Source of the DNA: Candidatus Parcubacteria bacterium
GTDB taxonomy: Bacteria; Patescibacteriota; Saccharimonadia; UBA4664; JBIOIQ01
DNA length: 64,000 nucleotides
Reading direction: 5' to 3'
Assembly: GCA_963718875.1 (NCBI GenBank)
Contig: OY970378.1
Span: forward strand, 260,396-324,395
The notes below the pieces were generated by a model that ran no database searches, had not been told where the DNA came from, and was given only the letters and a program-made list of their open reading frames with translations. Position numbers and translations under genes: made by a program. Positions 9,990 through 20,436 of this stretch are shown one piece after another; positions within the stretch are counted from its first letter, which is position 1, and each line of letters opens with the position of its first letter.

Positions 9990-10595
9990 ATGGCAAAAAT
10001 GATGTTGGGTGCATTTGAACATGTAGGTGACGCGGACTTGGCTTTGACGGAGCTTGAGGCTTTGGGTTATAAACCCTCTCAGTTGTCGGTTATTAGTAGC
10101 AAGAAAGAGTTTAGTAGTGCGCACGGAGAAGAGACACACAGTGCGGCGAGCGGAGCTAAAGAGGGAGCAGCTACGGGGGGTGTAATTGGGGGCATAGCGG
10201 GCCTTTTGGCTGGAGTTGGGGTAATACCTGCGCTGGCCGGGCTGTTCTTTGCAGGTCCAATTGTCGCTGCGCTGGGCATAGCTGGCGTGGTTGGCAGTAC
10301 AGTAGCAGGTGCAGCTACAGGAGCCGTAGCAGGGGGTTTAATTGGAGCGCTTGTAAAAGCTGGTGTTCCTAAAGAAACGGCCGAATATTACGATCGAGTC
10401 GTGACTGAGGGGGGTGTGTTATTGGGGGTATCTGCAGACACGATGGATACAGACGTGCAGTCGGTGTTTGAAAAACATAACGCGCGCAGTATCCAGGCTA
10501 TGGACATAGCCGAATCGGATAGGTCGGAGATTGAGAGTCAACCTGTTCGCCGAGCGGAACCTGCCTTTGGGGAGCGGCTAGACGACGACGTTTAA
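9990..10595 (+). CDS. Glycine-zipper stress-response protein (YflT/DUF1269-like)
   Basis: Gly/Ala-rich repeated GxxxG segment; RBS AAGGGAG before ATG 9990. Confidence 0.45.
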   Translation: MAKMMLGAFEHVGDADLALTELEALGYKPSQLSVISSKKEFSSAHGEETHSAASGAKEGAATGGVIGGIAGLLAGVGVIPALAGLFFAGPIVAALGIAGVVGSTVAGAATGAVAGGLIGALVKAGVPKETAEYYDRVVTEGGVLLGVSADTMDTDVQSVFEKHNARSIQAMDIAESDRSEIESQPVRRAEPAFGERLDDDV

Positions 10596-10609
10596 CAAAG
10601 TTTAGTGCA

Positions 10610-10643
10610 TTAAAAAAACGAGGCTTTACGGCCTCGTTTTTTT
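10610..10643. terminator. Bidirectional rho-independent terminator AAAAAAACGAGGCTTTACGGCCTCGTTTTTTT
   Basis: Hairpin flanked by A-run and T-run. Confidence 0.65.
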
Positions 10644-10738
10644 AATTGAATCAAATTGACAGTTGTAATGTACTGCTGTATATCTAAACCACGAGTACCT
10701 ACAAGTCAAAGGAGAGCCTAACCGATAACAACCTGATA

Positions 10739-11368
10739 TTGGGTTATGAGATGTGCAGTGCTTGTGGATGGAAAAACATCTTCCAAGCTGACAATAGGGA
10801 GCTGCGTCCACTGCTCATTTCTAGCTTGAAGTGGGGTAGTTACATTTGCCCCGCTTGTCACACTGATCAAGCAACCTCACGCATGGTTCTGTCTAGTCCA
10901 GTGCCTTACAGTGCGTTGTTCGATGACGAACAGGAGGGAGTGATGACTGTCTTAGAAACATCGGGTGATAAGATGACCCGAATGACCGTTTGCCAGCATC
11001 TACGGGCCTTGGCCCACTGGTTGGCTCCTTGGGATGAGGAAACGGGGGGACTTATCGCCGTCATTAACGTATTTTACCTCGGCATTCTCTTGATAGCTCT
11101 AGCGTTCAGAAATTGGGGGCTGGTAGAGGCTATGGGGGGTCTCTTCTGGTTATGTGCCCAGTTCTACCTGATACTTTTCTGCCTGCCATTCGCGGGTTTG
11201 ATCGCCATTGGGCGGATCTTGAACGGCAAGGCAGTCTGGGGGAATTTGAGGCTGGCCTGGCGCGAAGCTGGGGAAGAGGCCCTGTTCTCCAACCTCAGGC
11301 GAGAACTTGCTCGCAGGCGCTATGAACGGCGCAGTGAGGCATGCATGAGGAGGCACATTGACCAATGA
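10739..11368 (+). CDS. Zn-ribbon (CxxC..CxxC) membrane protein, GC-shifted
   Basis: CSACGW...CPACHTD then hydrophobic segments; hairpin terminator 11396-11440. Confidence 0.4.
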   Translation: MGYEMCSACGWKNIFQADNRELRPLLISSLKWGSYICPACHTDQATSRMVLSSPVPYSALFDDEQEGVMTVLETSGDKMTRMTVCQHLRALAHWLAPWDEETGGLIAVINVFYLGILLIALAFRNWGLVEAMGGLFWLCAQFYLILFCLPFAGLIAIGRILNGKAVWGNLRLAWREAGEEALFSNLRRELARRRYERRSEACMRRHIDQ

Positions 11369-11644
11369 ACGGAGATGAAGGTGCCTATTAAACCCCGATG
11401 AACGCGACGACAGCAGTCCCGTTTATCGGGGTCGTCGTTTGTTATTGGAACTTTATGATGGGTTTGCCAACGTAGAGCAGAGCATGAATTAGGATGAATG
11501 ATTGTCAAACGGGCACTGTTCCAAATATGGTGGGGATTTAGCTTGGGTTTTTGACCAGGTGTACATGATTTGGTTGTTCTAGATCTGTAAAATTCTAATC
11601 TGGTGCGGTAAGGCAATACGGTAAGTTAGCTTGTAAGTTCCCAT

Positions 11645-12214
11645 ATGAGACCAATTAAGGAGTTGCCCATGTTCAGTACGAGCAGAAGTACCCCGTGGAA
11701 GGCCTTCACGGCTTTCCTGATCAAGGCCAAGCTGTTCTTCTACGGAGCGGCTTGCGCCATCACTATCACCGGGTCGATCCAGAAGATGCGTACCCGTACG
11801 AGCCCCGCGAGCTCGATGCAGGTGCATGCTGAGATGCTGCGGAAGTCGTGGCTGACCCTCGTCCAGACCGAGAAGATCCCGCCGAGCAGTTTGATCTATC
11901 GCACGGCGATTTCAGCCCTGAACGCCATCGACGGGCTCGTAGCGGCGATCCCGCAACGGACGTACGACGAGGCACCATTCGCCTCGATCTCGACCCTCGA
12001 TGCCAGTCGATCCGGGCATGGCGACATCATGGTGATCGACACGACTGATCAGGCGCTGAACCTCCTCTACGAGGTGGCCGATCGACTGCCGGAGGATCAG
12101 CGCCAGACCTTCCGAGGGAGCCTGAACGCACTCGCCGAGAGCCTGCACGCAGTCAATGCGGCGTCTTCAGCCGGTGTCCACGACAGCGACCGGGTACCTG
12201 CAGCCGTCACGTAG
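11645..12214 (+). CDS. Hypothetical protein on a GC-rich segment
   Basis: GC-rich ORF; its antisense ORFs judged spurious; followed by hairpin CTGCCCCGCGC...GCGGGGCAG at 12226-12262. Confidence 0.4.
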   Translation: MRPIKELPMFSTSRSTPWKAFTAFLIKAKLFFYGAACAITITGSIQKMRTRTSPASSMQVHAEMLRKSWLTLVQTEKIPPSSLIYRTAISALNAIDGLVAAIPQRTYDEAPFASISTLDASRSGHGDIMVIDTTDQALNLLYEVADRLPEDQRQTFRGSLNALAESLHAVNAASSAGVHDSDRVPAAVT

Positions 12215-12369
12215 ATCCACCCTCTGCACCAAACCTCTGCCCCGCGCTTCGATTCAAGGAGTGCGGGGCAGTTCCCTTTTGTTACCCAATTATTATTGTG
12301 CTTATGCTTAAGTGGGTGTATGTTGAAACTAGCCAACAGGAGTTCCTACAAGTTCCGAAAGGGGGTGCC

Positions 12370-12849
12370 ATGAGCACCACAAGCATAGCAGACGTGATTT
12401 GCTCTGGATGTGGTTTCCCGAACGGTGTTTTCGATAACAACACCGTGATTGATCGCACCGTTGACCGGCCGGAGCTTGAGCACCTTCATGTGACATGCGA
12501 TTGGTGTTGCAGGTGCATACCGGTTTGGACCAACAAGCGACTGCTGTCATTAGCCGAAGAGCTCCATTTTCGTGCGGTGACGTGGTTCTTTCTTCGCCGC
12601 TGGGTACAGGAGGGCTACGAATCATTGCAGTGGGTGCATAGGCTAGGTCCAGACCAGGAAGAGGCTATTGCGGCTTCTCGGGAGGAATTGAGCCTATGCG
12701 AATCGACCCAATGGGCTTTGGACAGAATGAGAGGTGGAGAGGATTACAAGGGTTGTGATCTCCCTCCAGTTTGGGCTTGTGACTGTGGCAGTTCAGCCGG
12801 CTGTCAACCCCAACTGATCGCTGTTGGCCGCGCGCCCCTCGAGGTTTGA
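12370..12849 (+). CDS. Cys-rich Zn-ribbon protein
   Basis: CSGCGFPNG...CDWCCRC; start chosen at MSTTSIADV. Confidence 0.35.
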   Translation: MSTTSIADVICSGCGFPNGVFDNNTVIDRTVDRPELEHLHVTCDWCCRCIPVWTNKRLLSLAEELHFRAVTWFFLRRWVQEGYESLQWVHRLGPDQEEAIAASREELSLCESTQWALDRMRGGEDYKGCDLPPVWACDCGSSAGCQPQLIAVGRAPLEV

Positions 12850-12962
12850 GGGGCGCAAGCCTTTTAGAGGCAATTTTTTATGCAACTAACCAGCAACCAA
12901 CTGTATAATCAAAAGCGATTTATAATGATCCAAGTGACCTCTTGGCATATATGGATGACTGG

Positions 12963-14150
12963 CTAGAGTGATTTGACGGTCAGTTTTGATAGGATCCGGC
13001 GGCCTAGCAATAAGTAGAGTAGGGCTACAATTGTTATGATAATTCCGAACGTTCTAAATGCCACGATATTACCAGCGCGCTGGGCGATTAGGCCATATAG
13101 GAAGTAGGTCGCAACGGCTGTAATTTCTAACGCAAATCCGCTGACGGAGCTAATGGTAGCTCTTAAGCCGCCAGTAATTGTATGCTGGAGCCTTGCTTCG
13201 AAAACTACGCCCAACAACGTTATCAAAAATGTATAGGTTACCACCAAAGCAATAGTCCCCATATTTCCTATAAGCCCAACGCCGGTGAGGGCAAGCCCAG
13301 ATAGCGCTAACAGCTTCATAATGGCCATGGTAGAAAGTTTTGCAAAACGATGAGCGATTAAGCTTGCAAGGGCGGCGATCGCAACCGTGGCGGCAACCGC
13401 TAAAGATATAACGGGAAGATTAAAGCCGGTGTTCTCCATGAGCAACGGGACGTATTCCTCAAGCGAGCCGTAAACTCCCCCTATAAATCCACCCAGCAAA
13501 ATAATAGCTAACAGGGCCTTATTGCGGATAGATTGACTAATGCCGCTTTTGAGCATAGAAAAATAACGTTTATCGGCAACTTGCTCGAAGCGAGCAGTTT
13601 CTGGAAGACTATAAATAAGTAGGGCGGATGCCAATGCGACTCCAACGCTTGCACCAAAAACAAAGCCATAACTTAGCATTATGGCAACGCTTGCCAGGAC
13701 GGTGGCTGCAAGATCACCAATTAATGACCAACTGCGGGCTTGGCCAATGACTTTTGTGTATTGATTTTGTTGGTCGGCCGTTCGAAGTTCGTCATAAACC
13801 AGCGCCTCAAAAGTGCCATCTTCAAGCGTTCCTCCAATGCCCCACAGTATAAAGCCTAGCGCAAATCCGCCATATGTGGGTAGTATAGCCCAGGATACGA
13901 AACCAGCGCCTTTTAACAACTGGCCTATACTCAAAAGTGTTTTTCTAGAATACCTATCGGCTAATACGCCCGTAGGAATATTAATGACAAGGTCAGTGAC
14001 GGACCAAAGTATTAATAATGATGAAATTTGTAAGGCGTCTAGGCCGTTACCTGCCATAAAAATGCTGTAAAAAGGGTATATCAGGATAAAGTCGTCCAAA
14101 AAACGATAGGCGTAGATTTTGCGTAAAGTGTTTTTAAGGCTTACTGGCAT
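12963..14150 (-). CDS. MFS transporter
   Basis: About 12 TM, 395 aa, MFS-like loop motifs. Confidence 0.65.
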   Translation of the reverse strand: MPVSLKNTLRKIYAYRFLDDFILIYPFYSIFMAGNGLDALQISSLLILWSVTDLVINIPTGVLADRYSRKTLLSIGQLLKGAGFVSWAILPTYGGFALGFILWGIGGTLEDGTFEALVYDELRTADQQNQYTKVIGQARSWSLIGDLAATVLASVAIMLSYGFVFGASVGVALASALLIYSLPETARFEQVADKRYFSMLKSGISQSIRNKALLAIILLGGFIGGVYGSLEEYVPLLMENTGFNLPVISLAVAATVAIAALASLIAHRFAKLSTMAIMKLLALSGLALTGVGLIGNMGTIALVVTYTFLITLLGVVFEARLQHTITGGLRATISSVSGFALEITAVATYFLYGLIAQRAGNIVAFRTFGIIITIVALLYLLLGRRILSKLTVKSL

Positions 14151-14208
14151 GGGATAACTATAACAAACTATGAGTTAGACGGGCACTAGGTGTGTTAATG
14201 TAGCAGTA

Positions 14209-15114
14209 ATGGCAAGCAAACTTGATTACACCAGCATAAATCTGCTTTTCAACCCGGTAAGTACCGGTGATGCGGTAGGGCGTGCTGAAAAATTGTACAA
14301 GCAGCTAAAGGGGGTTATTAACAATATTCCGATCCGGCGCGTGGAGACAAAATATGCAGGACATGATGAAAAGTTAGCCTATAAGCTAGCGTGTGAAACC
14401 CGCAGGCCTTTAATTGTTTCGGTGAGTGGTGATGGTGGTTTTAATAATGTTATTAATGGTGCGGTTCGATCTGCAGATGTTAATAACACCATGCCAATTT
14501 GTGCTGTTCACGGGGCTGGGAATGCTAACGACAATCGGCGGACGCTGAAAGAGCTGCCGATGTTTGAAGCCATCATGTCTCAAAACAGTCGGGATGTTGA
14601 TTTGTTGCGCATAGAATTCACCTTAAAATCGGGTAAAACAGTGGCGCGGTATGCCCATTCTTATGCTGGACTGGGATTAACTCCGGAAGTTGCTGTGGAG
14701 TTGAACAAACAGGCGTTGACGCCATGGCGAGAACTTTTGCTGACAATTCAAACTTTTGCGGCATTTGAGCCATTTGTTATTGAGTTGCCGGATGGGAGTA
14801 AGCCAGAGTATGATAGCTTGCTGTTTGGCAATATTGATCAAATGGCCAAAGTTGTGACCTTGAGTAAGAATAGTACTCCCGATGATGGGAAGTTTGAGCT
14901 GATTGCAACGCCTCATGTCAGCAAGGTGCGCTTATTGGGCGTAGCGGCAAAAGCCGCCGTTGTAGGGTTTGATAAACAAACGAGCATTAATGAATTCGAA
15001 TTTAAGGTGGTTAAAGCATTGCCGATGCAGCTGGACGGTGAGGTGGTGCGGCTTAAGGCCGGTAATAATGTTCGTGTTGCGATATCTCCTCGTAAATTAA
15101 GGATGCTTGTATAG
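14209..15114 (+). CDS. Second DAGK-catalytic-domain lipid kinase
   Basis: VSVSGDGGFNNVINGAV glycine-rich kinase motif. Confidence 0.6.
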   Translation: MASKLDYTSINLLFNPVSTGDAVGRAEKLYKQLKGVINNIPIRRVETKYAGHDEKLAYKLACETRRPLIVSVSGDGGFNNVINGAVRSADVNNTMPICAVHGAGNANDNRRTLKELPMFEAIMSQNSRDVDLLRIEFTLKSGKTVARYAHSYAGLGLTPEVAVELNKQALTPWRELLLTIQTFAAFEPFVIELPDGSKPEYDSLLFGNIDQMAKVVTLSKNSTPDDGKFELIATPHVSKVRLLGVAAKAAVVGFDKQTSINEFEFKVVKALPMQLDGEVVRLKAGNNVRVAISPRKLRMLV

Positions 15115-15702
15115 GTCTTTGCTGGGGTTGGTTATGGTAAATGTCACGACTATTATCCAGACATGGAAGCCAATTGCAGGTAAGGCTTCGCCAATAGGAG
15201 CTATGCCTTTGGTAAATGAAAATACGGCTATCCCAAGTACAAATGCGCAAACTTCTAGCCTTAACAAATTTCCATAAACTTTTGCTCGTGGGGCACGTCG
15301 TTGGGAAGCATAAAACTGCTGTATTACGAATGGGAGCGAAAATGCTAGTGCGTAAGCAGCTAGGGTGTGGGTGAATTTATAGTTTCCGCCATAAGGAATA
15401 ATGGCGGCGATGGCTTGGCCGATTTGACCAAAAACAAGAAAATAAATGAACAGATTACTGATTCTGAGGGTATTTCTCAAATAAAAACCGAAACAGGTAA
15501 AGAGTATGGCGCTTGTTAATAAACTGGTCGTAAAGAGTAGTGAGGTTCTGGGGTTGATACCCAGATAACTTATGGGGCGGGGGTCGATAAGCCGGAGGCC
15601 AGCTTGGTTCATGCCGAAGGCGATGCCCAACCAGATTACTGCTACACCCGCAAGGCCGGTATATTTTTGAAGTTTTCGCAAATTTTTGTTGATTGAGTTC
15701 AT
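15097..15702 (-). CDS. Integral membrane protein, unknown function
   Basis: Start trimmed to MNSINKNL to avoid a 130-bp divergent overlap with the HAD gene. Confidence 0.4.
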   Translation of the reverse strand: MNSINKNLRKLQKYTGLAGVAVIWLGIAFGMNQAGLRLIDPRPISYLGINPRTSLLFTTSLLTSAILFTCFGFYLRNTLRISNLFIYFLVFGQIGQAIAAIIPYGGNYKFTHTLAAYALAFSLPFVIQQFYASQRRAPRAKVYGNLLRLEVCAFVLGIAVFSFTKGIAPIGEALPAIGFHVWIIVVTFTITNPSKDLYKHP

Positions 15703-15738
15703 ACTTATCTCAAGCATAGCATCTGCTATAGTAAATTC

Positions 15739-16881
15739 ATGCCAGAACGTTTTGAGCTGAATCCTGAGCCAGCCTTGAGAGGCGTTGAAACTAGCCCCGA
15801 CCAAGAGTTTTGGCAAGGGACTGCAATTAGTGAAAAAATTGCTCGACAGAGAGAGCGTGGATACGCACAAATTCGAGCGTTAATTACCGACCGTGATGGC
15901 ACACATTCGATGTGGGGTTATGGTTTTCGAGGAAGACCAGAGGAATTGGCGGAATATGATGAGGCTACTGCAAAGTTAAACGCTTACATTAAAGAAAGAG
16001 ACATACTGCTCATTATGAATACAGGTGGCAGCATTGAAATGATGGAATCGGCGTTAGCTGATGGTAGCGTTCCGGCAGATGCCGCCATTTCAGCCAGTGG
16101 GAGTGAATTTCACATAGTAAAAGATGGCCACTATGTGCTGTGGCCAGAGTATCAAACATATATTGAAAACGTAGTAGGGTTTAAGCGAGAAAATGTTTAC
16201 CCTGTATGTGCCGATTTTCTTGCACGAGTCGAGTCAGATGTATCTGATCCTGCAGCTCCGGTTGCGGATGTGGGTTTAGTATTTCAACCTCGAGACAGTC
16301 AAGAAAATGTTTTAAACTGGAGCTTGTATAATAACTCTCCATCGGAAAGTAGCGAGCCGCCAGAGTTTGAGGCTCCACAAAAAAATAAAATTTCATTTTA
16401 TTGCACTGGGGGCCCAGATGCTGCAGCCTGGGCTACTCGTGAGCTACAGAGAGCATTAACCGATCGCGGCATGGGTCATTTTAAGGTGGTGTTAACGGCT
16501 GACTCATACGAAGAAGGCCGTTTTTTAATTGACGTTATACCGCTTGGTAAACAAGAAGCAGCTGACATTGTTATAAACCTTTTGTCGAAGCAGTTTGGAC
16601 CTGTATTAGCGGCAGTGGCTGGTGATGCCCAGAATGATGCCGAAGTTATATTGAATAGTGGTACGGCGGCAATTGCCGTAGGCAACAGGGTGCCTGATTT
16701 AGAGCAAATTATTCAAGACCAGCCAACTACTCGTGAAACCAGGAATTTTAAAATTGTAGAGAATGAGCAAGGCGTGAAACGCTTAATTTATAAAGGGGAT
16801 AGCTCACAAACGGTAGGGGCGTCCTTGCTAAGAGGTATCCGTGCTCTGGAACGGGCGGATAGATTAATCAAAAACCGATGA
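15739..16881 (+). CDS. HAD-superfamily (IIB-like) hydrolase
   Basis: Motif I ITDRDGT near N-terminus; C-terminal AGDAQNDAEV. Confidence 0.5.
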   Translation: MPERFELNPEPALRGVETSPDQEFWQGTAISEKIARQRERGYAQIRALITDRDGTHSMWGYGFRGRPEELAEYDEATAKLNAYIKERDILLIMNTGGSIEMMESALADGSVPADAAISASGSEFHIVKDGHYVLWPEYQTYIENVVGFKRENVYPVCADFLARVESDVSDPAAPVADVGLVFQPRDSQENVLNWSLYNNSPSESSEPPEFEAPQKNKISFYCTGGPDAAAWATRELQRALTDRGMGHFKVVLTADSYEEGRFLIDVIPLGKQEAADIVINLLSKQFGPVLAAVAGDAQNDAEVILNSGTAAIAVGNRVPDLEQIIQDQPTTRETRNFKIVENEQGVKRLIYKGDSSQTVGASLLRGIRALERADRLIKNR

Positions 16882-17505
16882 GCGGTGTTTTAGCACATAC
16901 GCCCCAAAAGCAATCATCCAAATAGTTTGTGGATAGGCTGTTAGTCGTTCCATGCCGCCAACACCGAGCCCTAGATAGTTCTCGGTAATAAGTAGCATTA
17001 GTGCAGCTAATCCAATGACGCCGGAAAGCAGTGTATATAAGCGCCAGTTTTTGGGTAGCGACGTGAATGTATGCCCAAGCACTATCATGCCAAGGTTACC
17101 AAAAACAAATGGTAGCGCGGCTCCAATAATGTGAAGTGTGGAAATGGTGTTTTCAGGGTATAGACCCACTAGTAAGGTACCTAACCCGGCTAGTAATAGA
17201 CACGTAAAGCCAATAATTTTACCTGTACCAGGTTTAGATTGCCAATTCATTAGTAGGGTACCCAAAATCATGGTAATGCCAAGTGTAGCGAAGGATAAAT
17301 TCATGAGGTTGTGCCCGGGTGAGCAAATAATGTTTTTCAAACAAGTGCCCGAGCTTGTGTTGCCCAATGCGCTAATGGTGTTTTGACTTAGACTATACGT
17401 GGTGGTCCACATAGAGGCGACAATAACTTGGATAATAAAATACTGGATGCTGGAAATCCACAATAAAGCGCCAATTTGACTAGAGTGGTAGCGAGCTAAT
17501 GCCAT
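16864..17505 (-). CDS. Integral membrane protein, unknown function
   Basis: Multiple TM segments. Confidence 0.4.
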   Translation of the reverse strand: MALARYHSSQIGALLWISSIQYFIIQVIVASMWTTTYSLSQNTISALGNTSSGTCLKNIICSPGHNLMNLSFATLGITMILGTLLMNWQSKPGTGKIIGFTCLLLAGLGTLLVGLYPENTISTLHIIGAALPFVFGNLGMIVLGHTFTSLPKNWRLYTLLSGVIGLAALMLLITENYLGLGVGGMERLTAYPQTIWMIAFGAYVLKHRSSVFD

Positions 17506-17605
17506 GAGCTTACGTTAGCACAAAAACGTAAGCAATAGCTGCGGTAATTACGCATGATAAAACTCATGGTTACTTTAGCGGGCTTAGTTGTGCTATAAAT
17601 AACAC

Positions 17606-18121
17606 ATGAACCAACTAGCTGAACGGCACAAAGAAAAGCTAAGGCATAAGAAGCGCGTAATTCAAAGTTATCGGGCAAAAGCTGATGCTAGGCGGACGCC
17701 GGCTGATAAGGTAGCAGACTTTTTAACAGTTCGATTGGGTTCCGTAGTATTTTTATTTTTGAACGTCGTTTGGTTTTTGGTTTGGATAACCATTAACACA
17801 GGCCTCGTAAGCGGAATTAAGCCGTTTGACCCTTTTCCGTTTGGGCTACTTACCATGACGGTTTCGCTGGAGGCGATTTTTTTAGCTATTATTGTTTTGA
17901 TTTCACAAAATCGGGCTGCCAAGGTGGCTGAAATTCGTGAAGAGATTGATTTGCAGATAACCACCATTAGTGAAAGCGAAGTAACCCAAGCCATTTATAT
18001 GCTGACTATACTGCTCAACAAAAATGGTATAGACATTGAAAACGATCCAAAACTCGCGGATATGTTGAAGCCTTTAAAAAGTGAAGAGCTAGAAAAGACC
18101 ATTGAAGAACAAATAAGTTAA
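17606..18121 (+). CDS. DUF1003-family membrane protein
   Basis: Basic N-terminus, two TM, C-terminal coiled region typical of DUF1003. Confidence 0.55.
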   Translation: MNQLAERHKEKLRHKKRVIQSYRAKADARRTPADKVADFLTVRLGSVVFLFLNVVWFLVWITINTGLVSGIKPFDPFPFGLLTMTVSLEAIFLAIIVLISQNRAAKVAEIREEIDLQITTISESEVTQAIYMLTILLNKNGIDIENDPKLADMLKPLKSEELEKTIEEQIS

Positions 18122-18401
18122 AGGGTGTGCTCTTTTAGACCACTGTTGATCGATTGAGTATCATTGGTAGGTATGACTCGAACATTTTGAAAAGCTAGAG
18201 CTGTAAGGCTATTTTTGCTGTCCTCGAGACTGGCTTTTAAGGTGACCATAAGGTAAATAGTTTGACTTTTGGCCGTCTGCTCAGCCGACGTTGCGACCTG
18301 TTAAAAAATAGGGTTCTAGCGCATTTGAAGGTGGTTTCAAAGCCTTATAAAAAGTGAAGTCTCGTTGGGCTGTGAGATCAACCACTACCTCGTCCAGGTG
18401 T

Positions 18402-19142
18402 CTAAGTGATCTTGTTAAGGCGAAGTAAGCGTACCACTTCTGAAACTAAAGGTTCTCTGGCGCTTTTTGAAAAGTCGTGATCGGCATTCTTGATAGAGCT
18501 GTATGGGATGCTTTTTATAGGAGCTTGCTTTCCTAGCACGTTGTCTGCGTCTGCTAAAACCACATTAACTTGGTTACTTTTAGATAATTCAAGGTACAGT
18601 TCCTCGGGCTTTGTGGCTTTAAAATCACACCAGTAGTCGGGTCCGACTGTGGTGATAGAACCATCAGAGCGCTGCAAGATAGATTCACCGTCTATTTTCA
18701 AAACTGATCCAGGTCGTGACCATCCCGGAGTGGATGCAAATTTGACAGCGGCTGGAGAGGTGATTGGAGGAGCAAGTAGAATAACTTGACTGCTGGTTGG
18801 ACTAGTTTTAGCCACGACGATACAGCCTTGAGAGTGACCTATATATACGAGCTTGGTGATGCCGAAATTTTGCCGGACGTAGTCAACAACCTTGTTTAAC
18901 CGGTTCGCTTGAGCTGAAAACGGGAGGGCTGCCGTCACATCGTCTGTAATTACTGAAAAATCTCCTCTTACCGATAATGTTGAACTACAAATTTGGTTCT
19001 CAATGGCGGTAAACAACCCGCGCGAGTCTCGTTTTACGCCAAATCCATGTACGAATATAATGCCCGTGGTTGCATTGTTACTACCAGTTATCTCGACGTC
19101 AAAAGGCTGATTATCTCCTAGTGTTACAATTTTCGTTGTCAT
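18402..19142 (-). CDS. Alpha/beta hydrolase (esterase/lipase-like)
   Basis: IFVHGFG...IGHSQGCIVV nucleophile elbow. Confidence 0.6.
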   Translation of the reverse strand: MTTKIVTLGDNQPFDVEITGSNNATTGIIFVHGFGVKRDSRGLFTAIENQICSSTLSVRGDFSVITDDVTAALPFSAQANRLNKVVDYVRQNFGITKLVYIGHSQGCIVVAKTSPTSSQVILLAPPITSPAAVKFASTPGWSRPGSVLKIDGESILQRSDGSITTVGPDYWCDFKATKPEELYLELSKSNQVNVVLADADNVLGKQAPIKSIPYSSIKNADHDFSKSAREPLVSEVVRLLRLNKIT

Positions 19143-19198
19143 ACAAACATGATGAGTTAATTTATAGGGTTCTGCAAACTACTCAAGGATTTATGAAC

Positions 19199-19250
19199 GA
19201 AAAAGGCCCACGGGGTTGGACCGAAATGGTCTTTTCCGTGGGCTGTTAGC
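19199..19250. repeat. Module D hairpin/terminator AAAGGCCCACGGGGTTGGACCGAAATGGTCTTTTCCGTGGGCTGTT (copy 1 of 2)
   Basis: Near-identical copy at 41285-41337; both sit at the 3' end of GC-rich minus-strand genes. Confidence 0.65.
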
Positions 19251-19266
19251 CCATCTGATCGATGGG

Positions 19267-19719
19267 CTAGATGGGCTCCTGGTGGCGCTGAAGGGCGCCG
19301 GCCCACTCCTGCGGTTGGGGTTGGGTGTTGTCGTGGGACCAACTGTCCTGGGCGTGGATGGCCATGATGGCGAGGATGCTGATCACGAGGCCGGTGTTGA
19401 AGGCCACGAAGTTGGGGAGGACGAAGCGGGAGCCGAAGATAGACGAGATGAGCGGAACGAAGGTGAATCCGATCCCGATACCGATGCCCCCGTACTCGGC
19501 GAGCTCACCGGTGAAGTCCTTGATGCCCTGCGAGACGAAGACGGCCGCTACGCCGAAGGCGATGCCGATGGTGGCAAGCAGCCAGGTGGAGGCCACCAAT
19601 GAGAAGTACTGCCACGGTTTGCCGGTGTGGCCGACGTTGGAGCTAAGCACCACCACGAGGGCGAGTATGACGAGCGACAGGCCGGTCATGCAGACGGCGC
19701 GGATTTGCCTGATGGTCAA
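19267..19719 (-). CDS. Membrane protein on a GC-rich island
   Basis: GC-rich ORF with 4 TM; followed by module D. Confidence 0.4.
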   Translation of the reverse strand: MTIRQIRAVCMTGLSLVILALVVVLSSNVGHTGKPWQYFSLVASTWLLATIGIAFGVAAVFVSQGIKDFTGELAEYGGIGIGIGFTFVPLISSIFGSRFVLPNFVAFNTGLVISILAIMAIHAQDSWSHDNTQPQPQEWAGALQRHQEPI

Positions 19720-19876
19720 GGAGACCTCCTGAAGAACATTCTCTGGTTTGGGTTAGGGCCAGAGAGATACCCTATACTTCTTATAGTATCATAGAAATGC
19801 GTTTAAGTCAAGCGTAGTTGCCGTAATTGGTTTTCTTTTGCGGCAGGTTTTTTTGGTTGCTGTTATAATTTTGGGC

Positions 19877-20422
19877 ATGAGTGAAATTCCGGAAGACCCA
19901 GAGCGGAGACTTAGAATTGAAAGGAAATTAGCAGAGATAAGCTCTACGCCTGTAAGTGCAAAGTGGTCACAAGACTACGGAGATAAAGTTGATTTAACGC
20001 TGCCGTATCGGTGTAGCTTTTCAGGTGTTATTTCTGAAGCAAGCCAATCTAAAATGACAGGCGTATATTTAACTGTTCCTGAGGAACTCCGGGGTAACCA
20101 GATAGGAGAAAGGCTGACGCGGGCGCTCGCGGTGGTGGCTATTCAGTGCGGTTTGCCAATATTGAGGGCAGATTTGGAGTCACATTATGCATTGAATAGT
20201 TGGCGGAGGGCTTTTGGAGACGAGCGTCTAAGTTTTTATCATGATAACTCCAGCGAGCATACGGGACTTCTCCCTATGTCGGCGGATGAAGCTGTGCAGT
20301 CGTTGGAGCGAGCTTATTTGCTGGAGTCAGGGAATGAGGAGGGGGATATTAGCATAGATGTAGAGGTTGATTTAACCGGTTTGGATGTGTCTGAGTGGGA
20401 AATACCCCTAACGGTTAGTTAA
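19877..20422 (+). CDS. Hypothetical protein
   Basis: ORF only. Confidence 0.35.
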   Translation: MSEIPEDPERRLRIERKLAEISSTPVSAKWSQDYGDKVDLTLPYRCSFSGVISEASQSKMTGVYLTVPEELRGNQIGERLTRALAVVAIQCGLPILRADLESHYALNSWRRAFGDERLSFYHDNSSEHTGLLPMSADEAVQSLERAYLLESGNEEGDISIDVEVDLTGLDVSEWEIPLTVS

Positions 20423-20436
20423 GTGATGCTGGTTGC

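Noticed and set aside
11113-12148. Multiple overlapping ORFs on both strands (11113..11325, 11150..11365, 11766..11978, 11848..12048, 11912..12148)
   Set aside because: These are typical antisense or off-frame open frames in GC-rich DNA. Only one frame per region was kept (10739..11368 and 11645..12214).
18122-18401. 280-bp non-coding gap as a possible ncRNA
   Set aside because: No convincing conserved structure or known motif was recognisable by eye; left unannotated.
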